This document shows positions 30,727 to 41,077 of a DNA stretch of 64,000 bases, piece after piece. Made by a program: the position numbers and the translations under genes. The notes under the pieces were generated by a model that saw only the letters and a program-made list of their open reading frames with translations, did no database searches and was not told where the DNA came from. Numbering within the stretch: the first letter of the stretch is position 1; every line of letters starts with the position of its first letter. Source of the DNA: Nitrospinaceae bacterium (GTDB lineage: Bacteria; Nitrospinota; Nitrospinia; Nitrospinales; Nitrospinaceae); contig OZ245011.1 in assembly GCA_965223665.1 (NCBI GenBank), forward strand, positions 1,568,001-1,632,000, given 5' to 3'.

Positions 30727-31506
30727 TTAAGTAAAAATGCCTTTGGATTCCAAAAACTCTGGCGGAATATCTGCATTTTTTCTTCCTACCACTGCAAAAT
30801 AATGAAGCGGTTGCCCATCAATGGATAACCGATGCCGGTACCGCTCGATATGATAAACATCCAGATATTTTGAGAATATCAATTCACGGATTAACATGGA
30901 AAACCCGGTATCATCGCTGGCATCCAGAAAAGTATCCCTTATGTTGAAAGCCACCCATCCTTCGTTGCTAATGATATTGAATGCATTCACGAACGCTTTC
31001 GTTGGAATATCACCAAAACCAAGAGCCGCCACCGTGACCATACAATCGCATTGCCAGGACTCAATCTCTTCTTTCTTTTCTTCACTGAGGCTGCAAAAGT
31101 CTTCAATATAGTAAGCGTCATACACTCCCGGTCTATCACGAATCAGTGCATCGTAAGCTTCCGGAATAATATCCACACCGACTAACCGCGATACGCCATG
31201 TTTTTTAAGTTCTTCGCCCATCATGCCATTGCCTGCGCCCAAATCCAGCACGCGAAGCTCGGTAAAATTATCCGGAGACTGTTTGATAGCCGACGTCAAA
31301 ATAGAGGCCACCTTGTTGGGTGAAATGCATTTGAGGCGATCATAAAATATTTGTTCATACAAACCCGGCACCTGATAAATCTCGTCGTAATCGTGAAACT
31401 TTATTTTTCTTTTTTTGCTGGTGCCATGAAGGTAGAAATAACTTTCATCCTGATTGCTGTCCAAAAGCTCCGTTCGGGGAAACTGCACTCTGTGTCTCTT
31501 GTTCAT
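30727..31506 (-). CDS. Class I SAM-dependent methyltransferase
   Basis: VLDLGAGNG motif I, VGVDI. ATG 31506 with gaagga RBS; track start is 31560. Confidence 0.85.
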   Translation of the reverse strand: MNKRHRVQFPRTELLDSNQDESYFYLHGTSKKRKIKFHDYDEIYQVPGLYEQIFYDRLKCISPNKVASILTSAIKQSPDNFTELRVLDLGAGNGMMGEELKKHGVSRLVGVDIIPEAYDALIRDRPGVYDAYYIEDFCSLSEEKKEEIESWQCDCMVTVAALGFGDIPTKAFVNAFNIISNEGWVAFNIRDTFLDASDDTGFSMLIRELIFSKYLDVYHIERYRHRLSIDGQPLHYFAVVGRKNADIPPEFLESKGIFT

Positions 31507-31809
31507 AAATTCCTTCAAAGGTTGAATATTTTTTGGCTTCACTCCATAGACTCTTCCCACTTCTTAAAAAATTCCCGGAATCACAAGCCAAAAGAACGGA
31601 AAAGGTGGGAATAAATATCTGCTCAAGGCAAAACGCGAGTTTTCTATTCTAGACTAAAAACGGGACCTATGCGAATTTAATTTTGCAGAAATCAAAAATT
31701 CACACAAACAGGTTTTGACCCTAAATATTCTGATGTGCACAACCATTGCAAAACTTATTTAGAAAACAGGCCCGAGTTAGCCCCCATAAGTTCGCACATT
31801 TGCGAGGCA

Positions 31810-32325
31810 GCCGGCCCCCGGCCGGAGGAAACAGGCTAGCGCCTGAGGCAACTTTCATTTGCGATGACTGACTCGCCGTCAGGGGCAACTGGGATTTTCG
31901 AAAATCTCTGAAGATATGATTCTGAGAAACCTATTGAAAATAAATTCTGAGTCCAGCGTCACGCTGGTCCCCTCTTTTCTAAAGAGGGTTAGGATGATTG
32001 ACCACTCGCCGTGGAGGCAACTTTTATTCTCGATGACTGACTCGCCGTCAGGGGCAACTGGGATTTTCGAAAATCTCTGAAGATATGATTCTGAGAAACC
32101 TATTGAAAATAAATTCTGAGTCCAGCGTCACGCTGGTCCCCTCTTTTCTAAAGAGGGTTAGGGTGATTCACATTCAGGGGTTTTGAGAGGCTTCTATATA
32201 TATGGAAATATTTCTAAAGAGTTCCTGAGCGCCCCGCAATCGAATTAACTCATCGAGAATTAATTTTTGAGTCCAGCGTCACGCTGGTTCCCGCTTTTCT
32301 AAAGAGGGTCGGGGTGATTCACCTT
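31810..32325. repeat. Cluster of modular palindromic repeats including a 132-bp direct repeat
   Basis: 31862-31993 matches 32031-32162; further copies of the hairpin modules. Confidence 0.85.
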
Positions 32326-32623
32326 TGCAAATTTTTAAAAATTGAACCCTTGTCAACCTTCCAGCGTCAACCTTTTTAAGTTAACCCTAACCTAAATTGG
32401 TTAATTTTGAGACGAAATCACTGGAAATATTTATTTTAGCCCATTTTTACCTTGATTCTATATGCAGAATAAATTAGGGTTTGGGAAATTTGAAAATTCT
32501 TTCAGTCCTAATTAAAAATAATGGATTCAAAATGAGTATTTTTATCTCTCGGACAATTTTTGAGGGGATTTAATTTAGGCTCACTTATTACTTTGTGATA
32601 ACCGCTACATTTTATTAAAAGGA

Positions 32624-33673
32624 ATGGAAATTTCCAATGTTATGGCAAATGATTTTGTCAAAAATGTAGAAGCAAAGATAAAAGAGCAATCCAATTCTCA
32701 AAAGGTTGGATTTTTGATAGGGGCTGGATCATCGTACCTTGATGGGAGCGGATATCCTCTTGCTGGAGAATTATGGGACAAAGTATCTAGTGAGATCCCA
32801 ACGCAAGAGAGGAGAGAAATTCAAGAAAAAATTGATAGTGGCGCAACTAGTATGGAACAGGCTCTTGATCTTTTAGATACTGGTGGGATTAAAGAAGGTC
32901 CTCATCGCTTTAGTGTGTTAAATGCGATTGCCAAACATTTTAGTAGTGTTGATGCACCACTGAAGTACCACAGTTTATTTGTTTCACTTCTTTCTAAACG
33001 AAAAGAAGAAATTCCCATTAAAATTTTTTCTTTAAATTATGACCCGCTGATTGAAAGAGCAGCGGAGCATGAACATGTAAAACTTTTTGATGGCTTTTAT
33101 GGACATGAAAATGCTTTCTTCGATGGTGGATCTTTTCAACACATAATGATTATAAGAGGTAGGGATCATAAAGGTCGTCGAGCCAGAGGAATTCCTGGAA
33201 GTATAAGATTAATAAAATTACATGGATCTTTAGGTTGGTATCAGAATGAAAAATCTGAAGTCAGACGATGTGCATTTACAGAATCCATACCTGAAAAAAC
33301 TAATCGCTTAATGATCCCCCCCCAATATAGAAAGGCGCGTGACACTGGTCGCCCACCCTACTCAACATTATGGTCAGAATTTCGCGGCTCACTATTCCAC
33401 AGTGATGACAAGTTAAATAGGTTAATTGCTCTTGGATATGGAATGGCCGATGAACATGTGAATGCTGAAATTGGAAACGCTCTTGAACGTTCTAATTTTA
33501 CATTTTTAATTATAGCAAAGGACCTATCCGATAAACATTTTGAACAATGGTCTACTAAACCAAGAGTTCATATTGTAACTGAAAAACGATGTTCCCTAAA
33601 TGGTGAAGTTGGTGAGGGTCACCCAAGTTTATGTTCATTTGAAGGATTTATTGAAAAGATGAAACAATGGTAG
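32624..33673 (+). CDS. SIR2-family NADase of a Sir2-HerA anti-phage system
   Basis: FLIGAGSS, FSLNYD, KLHGSLGW, GYGMADEHVN; AT-rich; overlaps HerA by 7 bp. Confidence 0.88.
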   Translation: MEISNVMANDFVKNVEAKIKEQSNSQKVGFLIGAGSSYLDGSGYPLAGELWDKVSSEIPTQERREIQEKIDSGATSMEQALDLLDTGGIKEGPHRFSVLNAIAKHFSSVDAPLKYHSLFVSLLSKRKEEIPIKIFSLNYDPLIERAAEHEHVKLFDGFYGHENAFFDGGSFQHIMIIRGRDHKGRRARGIPGSIRLIKLHGSLGWYQNEKSEVRRCAFTESIPEKTNRLMIPPQYRKARDTGRPPYSTLWSEFRGSLFHSDDKLNRLIALGYGMADEHVNAEIGNALERSNFTFLIIAKDLSDKHFEQWSTKPRVHIVTEKRCSLNGEVGEGHPSLCSFEGFIEKMKQW

Positions 33674-35391
33674 AACGTGATGAAGAAACTTTAATTGGAT
33701 ATGTTACCGATGTACAGAGTGGCAGTATTTCAGTCTCTCTAGTGGATGATGAGCCAGGTGCGCCAGCCATTATTACAATTGGCGATGAAGATGTACTTAT
33801 AGGTCAAATTGGTTCATATGTACTTATAAATCAAAGACGGACTAAAACTTTGGCAATGGTAACCCGAATGTCAGAACAAGAAAAATTTATTCCTCCCGAA
33901 CCTGGTCAGCGGACTGAAGATACTATAAATGATCCCTTGGTGGTTCGTACAATCACACTCATTCCTCTTGGTAGAATTAATAATGAAGGAGAATTTGTTA
34001 GGGGTATGGGAGTTTTTCCGACTACTGGAGCCGAGGTACATGCAATTGGTACAGAAATTCTTGGTACGATGTTTAATCGCTTTCAATCTAAAAAATATGA
34101 TGTTGGATATTTACCTACTAATGAAAATCAAAAGGTATATTTCGACCCCAATTCATTATTTGGAAGACACTTTACAATTTTGGGACAAACCGGAGCTGGG
34201 AAATCCTATACTGTAACCAATTTATTACAACGGGCAATAACTATAATGCCCAAAGCCCACATTGTCCTTTTAGATTTACATGGAGAATATAGTTGGATTG
34301 ACACCCCAGGCAGTGATAGAAAGTGCGCATTCAAAAATGATGTTGCACGTTATATTGATGCAAGAAAACTCGAATTTCCTTATTGGCTTATGACCTATGC
34401 TGAACTTTGTGATTTACTAATAGATCACTCCGAAAGGGAAGCAGCAAATCAAACCGCTTTTTTTCGTGATAATTTACTTGAACTACGATCACTTGAAAAA
34501 GAAAGTTTAAAACTTGAGCGGGTAACTGTCGATACTCCTGTTTATTTTTCTTTAAATGATCTTGTAAATCAAATAAAAGAAAAAAATTCAGAAATGGTTC
34601 CCGGGAGCAGTAGATCTAAAAAAGGTCCTATGCATGGAGAATTTGATCGATTTCTAATACGACTAGAAAGTAAGTTAAATGATGTGCGCTATGATTTCTT
34701 ACTCAAGCCTAAGATTAGGAATAATTCCAATTCCCTTGAAGCACTTTTAAGAGATTTTATTGGCCTGGGTAAACAAAAGGCACCTATTACTATTATCGAT
34801 CTAAGCTCTGTCCCATTTGACGTAAGGCCTATAGTTGCTGCACAAATAGGACGTCTGGCTTTTGAATTTAATTATTGGAATCCGAATTATAAAGATTTCC
34901 CTCTACTTTTGTTGTGTGAAGAAGCACATGCATATATCCCTCGAGATTCATCTACAGCCTTTTCAGGAGCTCGATTATCAATGGAGCGGATTGCAAAAGA
35001 GGGAAGAAAATATGGGGTTGGCCTAGGTGTTGTAAGTCAACGTCCCCATGAGCTTTCCGAAACAGTTTTAGCCCAATGTGGAACATTTTTGTGTTTGCGA
35101 ATCACAAACCCTACAGATCAGAATTATGTTAGAAATTTAGTACCAGAAGCCGAGCGCGATTTAATGGATATATTAGCTGGACTTGGTCGTGGAGAATGCA
35201 TGGCATTGGGAGAAGCCGTACCCTTGCCCACAAGAGTACAATTTCATTTACCAAATCCCACTCCCAATAGTGATGATATCGACTTTCATGATAAGTGGAT
35301 TAACGGTCCAAACGATTTGGATGTAAAAAGTATTGTTGACAAGTGGCGTCGTCAAGAACGTTCTGATGAAAAAATCGAACCGGTGGTCTAA
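33667..35391 (+). CDS. herA: HerA/FtsK-family ATPase of a Sir2-HerA system
   Basis: N-terminal HAS barrel, Walker A GQTGAGKS, Walker B LLLLCEEAH, RIAKEGRKYG, SQRP. Confidence 0.9.
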   Translation: MVERDEETLIGYVTDVQSGSISVSLVDDEPGAPAIITIGDEDVLIGQIGSYVLINQRRTKTLAMVTRMSEQEKFIPPEPGQRTEDTINDPLVVRTITLIPLGRINNEGEFVRGMGVFPTTGAEVHAIGTEILGTMFNRFQSKKYDVGYLPTNENQKVYFDPNSLFGRHFTILGQTGAGKSYTVTNLLQRAITIMPKAHIVLLDLHGEYSWIDTPGSDRKCAFKNDVARYIDARKLEFPYWLMTYAELCDLLIDHSEREAANQTAFFRDNLLELRSLEKESLKLERVTVDTPVYFSLNDLVNQIKEKNSEMVPGSSRSKKGPMHGEFDRFLIRLESKLNDVRYDFLLKPKIRNNSNSLEALLRDFIGLGKQKAPITIIDLSSVPFDVRPIVAAQIGRLAFEFNYWNPNYKDFPLLLLCEEAHAYIPRDSSTAFSGARLSMERIAKEGRKYGVGLGVVSQRPHELSETVLAQCGTFLCLRITNPTDQNYVRNLVPEAERDLMDILAGLGRGECMALGEAVPLPTRVQFHLPNPTPNSDDIDFHDKWINGPNDLDVKSIVDKWRRQERSDEKIEPVV

Positions 35392-35557
35392 GAATACAAG
35401 TGGGAAAATAATCCCTTTCAAATTGGTAATTGAATTGTCCATTTTTAGAAAGACAAATATTTTTTCCTATTTAATTCATAATGAATATAATTCTTTCTTG
35501 ATTGCATCCATTAATTGATTTAGGGTTGGGCGAAAATACTTATTAAAGGATCATGCC

Positions 35558-36814
35558 ATGGCGGAACCCACGATTGTTTGTCCCAAGTGCTCCCATGATA
35601 TAAAACTGACCGAGTCGCTGGCGGCCCCGCTTTTAACCGCGGCCAAAGAAGAATTTGAAAAGAAAATTTCTGAGAAAGAACTGGAAATTTCCAAACGTGA
35701 AAACTCTATCAAAGATCAGGAAAAAATTCTTAAAGAAGCGAAGAGTCAGATCGACGAAGAAGTTCGAAAAAAACTGGAATCGGCACGCGCTGAAATTGCT
35801 AAAGAGGAATTAATAAAAGCGAAACGTTTAGCCGAGTCTGATTTAAAAAAGCAAGCTACCGAGTTAGCACAAACAAAAGAGTTATTAGCTCAACAGGATG
35901 CCAAACTGGCCGAAGCACAAAAAGCGCAACTCGAAGTCATGAAAAAGAATCGTGAACTGGATGACGCGAAACGCGAACTCGCCTTAACCGTAGAAAAACA
36001 AGTTCAGGCTTCCCTGGAGCAGGTCAGAATTAAAACTAAAAAAGACACTGAGGAATTATTAAGCCTAAAGGTTAAAGAAAAAGAAGTCCAGATTGCATCC
36101 ATGCAACGCACAATCGAAGAATTAAAGCAAAAGGCGGAACAGGGTTCTCAGCAGCTTCAAGGGGAAGTGATGGAGTTGGAACTGGAGGAAATGCTTAAGT
36201 CCAAGTTTCCTCAAGACGGTATTGAACCGGTTCCCAAAGGAGAGTTTGGGGGCGATGTGATTCAGAGAGTTTTTTCTTCATCGGGACAAGTGTGCGGCGC
36301 CATTCTTTGGGAAACCAAAAGAACCAAAAACTGGCATAACGGCTGGTTGCCGAAGCTAAGAGAAGATCAACGCAAAGCTAAAGCCGAAATTTCTATTTTA
36401 ATTTCCACCGCGATGCACAAAGAAATTGAAACGTTTGGTCAAATGGATGGCGTTTGGGTCTCGGCTCCACAGTTCATGGTTCCTCTGGCCATTGCATTAC
36501 GCCAAACTTTAATAGAGGTGGCAAATTCCAAACAACTTCAGCAGGGTCAAAAAACAAAAATGCAACTGGTCTATGAATACTTGACCGGCCCTACCTTTAG
36601 ACATCGTATTGAAGCGGTGGTGGAAAAAATTACGGATATGCAGGCGGACCTGGAAAAGGAAAAGAAAACCACCCAACGCTTATGGGCCAAACGCGAAGCT
36701 CAAATTAGTGGAGTCATCGCATCCACTGTGGGAATGTATGGAGACTTGCAGGGAATCGCCGGCAAAGCCCTGCAGGAAATTGAAGGTTTGGAAATTCCTT
36801 TGATTGAAGAATAA
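35558..36814 (+). CDS. DUF2130 family coiled-coil protein
   Basis: CPKC, long coiled coil, GSQQLQGEVMELELE, VPKGEFGGD, ILWETKRTKNW. Confidence 0.85.
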   Translation: MAEPTIVCPKCSHDIKLTESLAAPLLTAAKEEFEKKISEKELEISKRENSIKDQEKILKEAKSQIDEEVRKKLESARAEIAKEELIKAKRLAESDLKKQATELAQTKELLAQQDAKLAEAQKAQLEVMKKNRELDDAKRELALTVEKQVQASLEQVRIKTKKDTEELLSLKVKEKEVQIASMQRTIEELKQKAEQGSQQLQGEVMELELEEMLKSKFPQDGIEPVPKGEFGGDVIQRVFSSSGQVCGAILWETKRTKNWHNGWLPKLREDQRKAKAEISILISTAMHKEIETFGQMDGVWVSAPQFMVPLAIALRQTLIEVANSKQLQQGQKTKMQLVYEYLTGPTFRHRIEAVVEKITDMQADLEKEKKTTQRLWAKREAQISGVIASTVGMYGDLQGIAGKALQEIEGLEIPLIEE

Positions 36815-36894
36815 AACACTGAATGATCAATTAGTCAAACCCCCAAGTGGTCAATCACCCCAGCCCTCTTTAGAAAAGAGGGGGAAAGTCAACC

Positions 36895-37845
36895 TTAATG
36901 AGCAGTGATGAATTCCAGGATTCGGTTGGCAATTTCCTCGGGGGCGTCTTCGTGGGAATAGTGGCCGACTCCTTCCAGTTGGTGCACTTCACCTTTGGGA
37001 AACGCTTCGTTAAATAGTGGAATAAAATACTCCGCCTGAAGCGTTCGGTCCGCCATGCCCCACAAGGCCAGTGCCGGTTTTCGAGAAAGTTTTTGTACGG
37101 TAGCAGAGTCCGTCGTTTCAAATTGATGTGCTCCTTCTGCAAACCCTTTCGCCCAACCGAGGGCTCCCAGACAGTTTTCCGGCGTTTCAAATGGCGCGCC
37201 ATACGCACGCAACCAGGTCTCGGTAATCACAGAATTCCTTTCGAAACCATTCAGCTTGAGCGTGCTCAATATATTGTATTCCAACTGTCCCAGAACCCGA
37301 TCGAGAGTTCCGTTCGCATGCGCTTTCCCAATCCAGCGAAACCACGGAGAAGCCGCCGCGTTTTTGCCGAGTGCCTCCCCGAGACCCGGCTGATTCAACG
37401 GCGTCGGTCCATTGGTACTGATAATTCGCTTGATGCGATCGGGATGCCGGATGGCCAAGCCCATGCCTATGGGTCCGCCAAAATCATGCATCACCAGCGT
37501 CAGGTTTTTGAGGTCCAGGTCCAGAACAAACTTCTCCAGGTTATCGATGTGGTCCTGTAAAAAATAACTTCTATCCTGCGGCGTTTCACTTTTACCAAAA
37601 CCCATATGGTCCGGAACCACCACTCGCATCGTCAGCGAAAGTTCTTTTATGAGATTCCGGAACAAGTATCCCCAGGTCGGCTCTCCGTGAAGCGCAAGAA
37701 CCGTTTCGCCTTCCCCTTCATCCACGTAGTGCATGCGGAACCCGGGCGCTTCGGTGAACCGGGCTCGGTAAGGCCAGGTTCCGTCGAAAGTTTCTTCGGC
37801 AGAAACCACCGGTGGTGTTGCAATTTCTTTCATATATATAGACAT
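36895..37845 (-). CDS. Alpha/beta hydrolase, haloalkane dehalogenase-like
   Basis: MHYVDEG, HGEPTW, PDHMGFGKS, HDFGG (Asp nucleophile), GHYSHED. Confidence 0.88.
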   Translation of the reverse strand: MSIYMKEIATPPVVSAEETFDGTWPYRARFTEAPGFRMHYVDEGEGETVLALHGEPTWGYLFRNLIKELSLTMRVVVPDHMGFGKSETPQDRSYFLQDHIDNLEKFVLDLDLKNLTLVMHDFGGPIGMGLAIRHPDRIKRIISTNGPTPLNQPGLGEALGKNAAASPWFRWIGKAHANGTLDRVLGQLEYNILSTLKLNGFERNSVITETWLRAYGAPFETPENCLGALGWAKGFAEGAHQFETTDSATVQKLSRKPALALWGMADRTLQAEYFIPLFNEAFPKGEVHQLEGVGHYSHEDAPEEIANRILEFITAH

Positions 37846-37879
37846 GATTTTTCTCCTTTAATGGAAGCCGTTCCACCCA

Positions 37880-38488
37880 TCAGTTCCCCGTGGCGTGAAA
37901 GTGTTGTTCCATATATTTTCTGAGTTGGTTGCGGGCGCGGTGGAGGATCACCCACAGGTTACTCGAATTGATGTTCAGGGTTTCGCAGATATCTTCGGTA
38001 GACATGCCCTCCACTTCTTTCAACACAAACACCATCCGATACTTTTCCGGCAGCCGCGCCAGACAACTTGCAAGCGTTTCCTGCAGTTGCGAGTTCTCTG
38101 CGGACTTTTCCGGATCGAACGCCCAGTGCGTGGGCGGCTGAATCCAGTGCCCCGATTCGTCGAAAGCTCTTTCCAGCGGGTCCGCGTCTCCATTCGCAGT
38201 CACTTCATACAGGTTTTTCGTTTTCTGGTTGCGGAAATGATCGAGGATTTTGTGTTTCAAAATTCCAAACAGCCAACTCTTCACCGCCGACCGTCCTTCA
38301 AACGAAGTGCGCGCCTGCAAAGCCGCGATCAAAGCCGTCTGCACAATATCCTCCGCCGCGTCGTGGTCCTGCACTCGCACCACCGTGTACCGGAACATCA
38401 TATCGCCGTAAAGATCCACCCATTGGTTTGCATCCAACTCAGGCGGATCGGAATTCGTTGTTTCCTCTAAAACCTGATTTGCTTTCAT
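37880..38488 (-). CDS. ECF sigma-70 factor
   Basis: AEDIVQ, SWLFGILKHKILDHFR, region 4 VFVLKEVEG..LWVILHRAR; ATG 38488 with gagggg RBS. Confidence 0.9.
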   Translation of the reverse strand: MKANQVLEETTNSDPPELDANQWVDLYGDMMFRYTVVRVQDHDAAEDIVQTALIAALQARTSFEGRSAVKSWLFGILKHKILDHFRNQKTKNLYEVTANGDADPLERAFDESGHWIQPPTHWAFDPEKSAENSQLQETLASCLARLPEKYRMVFVLKEVEGMSTEDICETLNINSSNLWVILHRARNQLRKYMEQHFHATGN

Positions 38489-38527
38489 GATTTCCCCTCT
38501 CGCCATCTCGTTGTGAAACAACGTCAC

Positions 38528-39079
38528 TTAATGGTTGGCAGCAAACTCTTCCTCGGTGAACCGAGGCGTAATATGCTGTGGACAGTTCCAGTCGAACGCA
38601 TGCACTTTGAACACGAAAATGCGTTCCACGTCGGCGGCGTAATCCGGAAGCGCCACCTGCTTCAACAACTCCGGATGATCGGCGGCGTGCAGCACTTCCG
38701 CCTCGGCCCAGATTTTCAATCGCTGCTGCCGGGTGTAGTCCATGAGAAACAGCACCGCTTTCTTCGTGGCGTTTAAGTTTCCCGCGCTGATGTATTGCCC
38801 GTTGCCGCGAAAATCTGCAAAAGCGAGCGTCGAGTCGTCCACCGTTTTCAAAAATCCTTTGGGCCCGCCGCGGTACTGCAAATAGGGCCAGCCGTTTTCT
38901 CCCACTGTCGACATATAAAAACTGTCGCGGCTTTCGATGTATCCTTTTTCCTGCCAAGTGAGTTTGTTGCGAAACTCGGTTTTGGCTTCCATCTTTTCGT
39001 AGGGCGCTCGCGTGCCGTATTGTTTTTGAACGGCCTTTACGCTGTCGTTGAACGCCAGTTCCATAAAATGTTTTGTCAT
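38528..39079 (-). CDS. Pyridoxamine 5'-phosphate oxidase-related FMN-binding protein
   Basis: PYLQYRGGPKGF, ADFRGNGQYIS, DWNCPQHITPRF; ATG 39079 with RBS. Confidence 0.88.
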   Translation of the reverse strand: MTKHFMELAFNDSVKAVQKQYGTRAPYEKMEAKTEFRNKLTWQEKGYIESRDSFYMSTVGENGWPYLQYRGGPKGFLKTVDDSTLAFADFRGNGQYISAGNLNATKKAVLFLMDYTRQQRLKIWAEAEVLHAADHPELLKQVALPDYAADVERIFVFKVHAFDWNCPQHITPRFTEEEFAANH

Positions 39080-39164
39080 GATCTTAATTCCTTCTTCTAG
39101 CAGCGTGACGCTGCACTCATAATTTATTTTCGATGTGTTTTCTTTCAAACTATATCCACAGAAA

Positions 39165-39184
39165 CTTACCGAATGTTCGATTTA
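39165..39184. promoter_or_regulatory. Degenerate copy of the TetR operator
   Basis: cttaccgaatgttcgattta matches the 41080-41099 palindrome at 15/20. Confidence 0.55.
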
Positions 39185-39494
39185 TTCAATCTAAAATCCC
39201 TGGAGGAAAAATCCCCCCAGCCCCCTTCATAAAGGGGGAGCGCATCCGCTCTCGTTTTCTAATTTATTCCTAAAGGTCAATCACCCCAGCCCGGCCCCCG
39301 GCCGGTTGGAACATTCTTTTGCGATGATTTTTTTCAATGCTATATCCTCACAAAGTTTTCGAATATTCCTTCTGCCTCCAATCGCTAGATTGGAAAAGAG
39401 GGAGCACATCTACTTCTCTCTATTATTAATTGTGTCTTGTTCAAAACCCCCACTCACGCAATGGCCTCTCCTTTACAGGAGAGACCTTTTCGTT

Positions 39495-39857
39495 TTAGAA
39501 AGTGAGGACATTGAATCCCTCATCCTGCAAATTGCTGAAGCTCGGCAACCCCGTGGTTTTTGGAACCGAGTTGTCCTTGATCAAATCGTAACCACTGGTA
39601 TTGGCTCCAAACACATCGGCGCAGGCACAGGAAATCCCCTGAATCTTATCCTGCACCGCCTGAAACAGTTCGTGTGCGGGATGATCCTTTGCAGAAAGTA
39701 CTTCCGGCCACCGGGTTCCGGCACCCTGGAACAGGATGGAAACTTCTTTACCGGCGTTTTTAAAATCGTATGCGGTGGCTAAAGCGTTGAAGACACGTCC
39801 TAAAGATTCTTCTGATCCGGAATTGGGATCTGACAAAATTGCGATTGCTGTTTTCAT
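39495..39857 (-). CDS. DsrE-like protein
   Basis: GRVFNAL..VSILFQGAG..SCACA..FG; ATG 39857 with ggag RBS. Confidence 0.75.
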   Translation of the reverse strand: MKTAIAILSDPNSGSEESLGRVFNALATAYDFKNAGKEVSILFQGAGTRWPEVLSAKDHPAHELFQAVQDKIQGISCACADVFGANTSGYDLIKDNSVPKTTGLPSFSNLQDEGFNVLTF

Positions 39858-39915
39858 TTGAAAATACTCCTGAAACAATGTTAGTTTTAATATGTTTTAT
39901 TTTTAAAAGGGTTGT

Positions 39916-39957
39916 GGAGCTCCGGTTCTCTTATTCGCGTGGGAAAACCGGAGTTCC
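39916..39957 (-). terminator. Hairpin between the YHS and DsrE genes
   Basis: Stem ggagctccggtt / aaccggagttcc. Confidence 0.45.
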
Positions 39958-39979
39958 CTTCCTGATGAAACCCATCGAA

Positions 39980-40453
39980 CTACAGCTCCGAAGGCGCTTT
40001 GCGCTCGATGTCTTTCCAGTTGTCATCCGCACTGGCGATGTACCCGCGAATATCTTCGTTCCACTTTTTCTGAATGCCGGCGTCCAGGTTCAAATACAAT
40101 TTACCGTCGACAATCTTCCAGCGATTCGGGTCTGAGTAAAACTTTTTGCCAACCGCCACACCGTACGCACAGTAGCCACCGTATTGAGGAGCGTACTTCT
40201 CAGGATTCGCTTCAAACGTTTTCTGATGCGCTTCCGAGGTGAACAAATAGGTGCCACCTTTGTAAGTGCTGGTGTGGTACCCGCTGCCGCGTACCGGTTG
40301 TCCCGATTCAAAATAAGCGACCGGATCGTATCCGCTGATTGCTAATTGTGAAACGTCGTTAGTGTTGTGAGCTTGCACCTGTTGCGCTATGGCAAACAGC
40401 AAAAAAGCGGCCAGGGCAAAAATGTTAGTTCTTCTTAAAACTTGAGCTTTCAT
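39980..40453 (-). CDS. Exported YHS-domain protein
   Basis: AISGYDPVAYF, PEKYAPQYGGYCAYG, IVDGKLYLN; signal peptide. Confidence 0.9.
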   Translation of the reverse strand: MKAQVLRRTNIFALAAFLLFAIAQQVQAHNTNDVSQLAISGYDPVAYFESGQPVRGSGYHTSTYKGGTYLFTSEAHQKTFEANPEKYAPQYGGYCAYGVAVGKKFYSDPNRWKIVDGKLYLNLDAGIQKKWNEDIRGYIASADDNWKDIERKAPSEL

Positions 40454-41049
40454 GACTTACTCCTTTTCGATTTAGGTTTGGATTGTTTATCTCCAACCGT
40501 TAATAATTGCGGCAACCCCTGAAGCACCCGCGCAAACGGTTTGCGGTTGCCCGTTCCTCTTGCCAGGACGAGGGCTCCCTGAATACCGACCAGGGCTTCT
40601 TCCGCACGTTCTTTGGCCATTGCCGGACTGAACCCGGAATCGCGAGCCACTGAAACCATTGCTCCCAGCCAGGCGCCGAAAGAACTTTCAATGTGCTTGC
40701 GAAAGGGATCGTCCTCGTTGCCAATGGATAATGCATCCAACAGACAGGACTTTTTGCCACCTTTAAAAAATTCGTTGAGCCGTCGGGCCATTTCCTCAAT
40801 GCGTTCGGCCGGGTCACCGGTGCCGTTCAAGGGAGCAAGCACATGCGAACCGAACCAGTTGTCCACATGCGACAATACAGCTTCGGCCATTTCTTCCTTG
40901 CCGCCCGGAAAGCGGTGGTAGAGGCTGGCGCGTTTGAGGCCGGTGGCCTCGGAGATCACACTGAGGCTGGCTCCGTCATACCCGTGGAGCCGGAAAGCAT
41001 CCATCAGCGATTCGATTAAAGTGTCTTCGTCGATTTTTTTAAGTGGCAT
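40450..41049 (-). CDS. TetR/AcrR family regulator
   Basis: GYDGASLSVISEATGLKRASLYHRFPGGKEE HTH; ATG 41049 with aggagg RBS. Confidence 0.92.
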   Translation of the reverse strand: MPLKKIDEDTLIESLMDAFRLHGYDGASLSVISEATGLKRASLYHRFPGGKEEMAEAVLSHVDNWFGSHVLAPLNGTGDPAERIEEMARRLNEFFKGGKKSCLLDALSIGNEDDPFRKHIESSFGAWLGAMVSVARDSGFSPAMAKERAEEALVGIQGALVLARGTGNRKPFARVLQGLPQLLTVGDKQSKPKSKRSKS

Positions 41050-41077
41050 TAGATCCTCCTGAATTGAACATGACGCT

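Noticed and set aside
37895-38957. Overlapping ORFs 37895..38470 (+), 38068..38490 (+) and 38439..38957 (-)
   Set aside because: Alternative-frame shadows of the sigma factor and PNPOx-like genes in a GC-richer stretch
39980-40453. YHS protein as a selenoprotein
   Set aside because: GGYC is encoded with a Cys codon; no in-frame TGA
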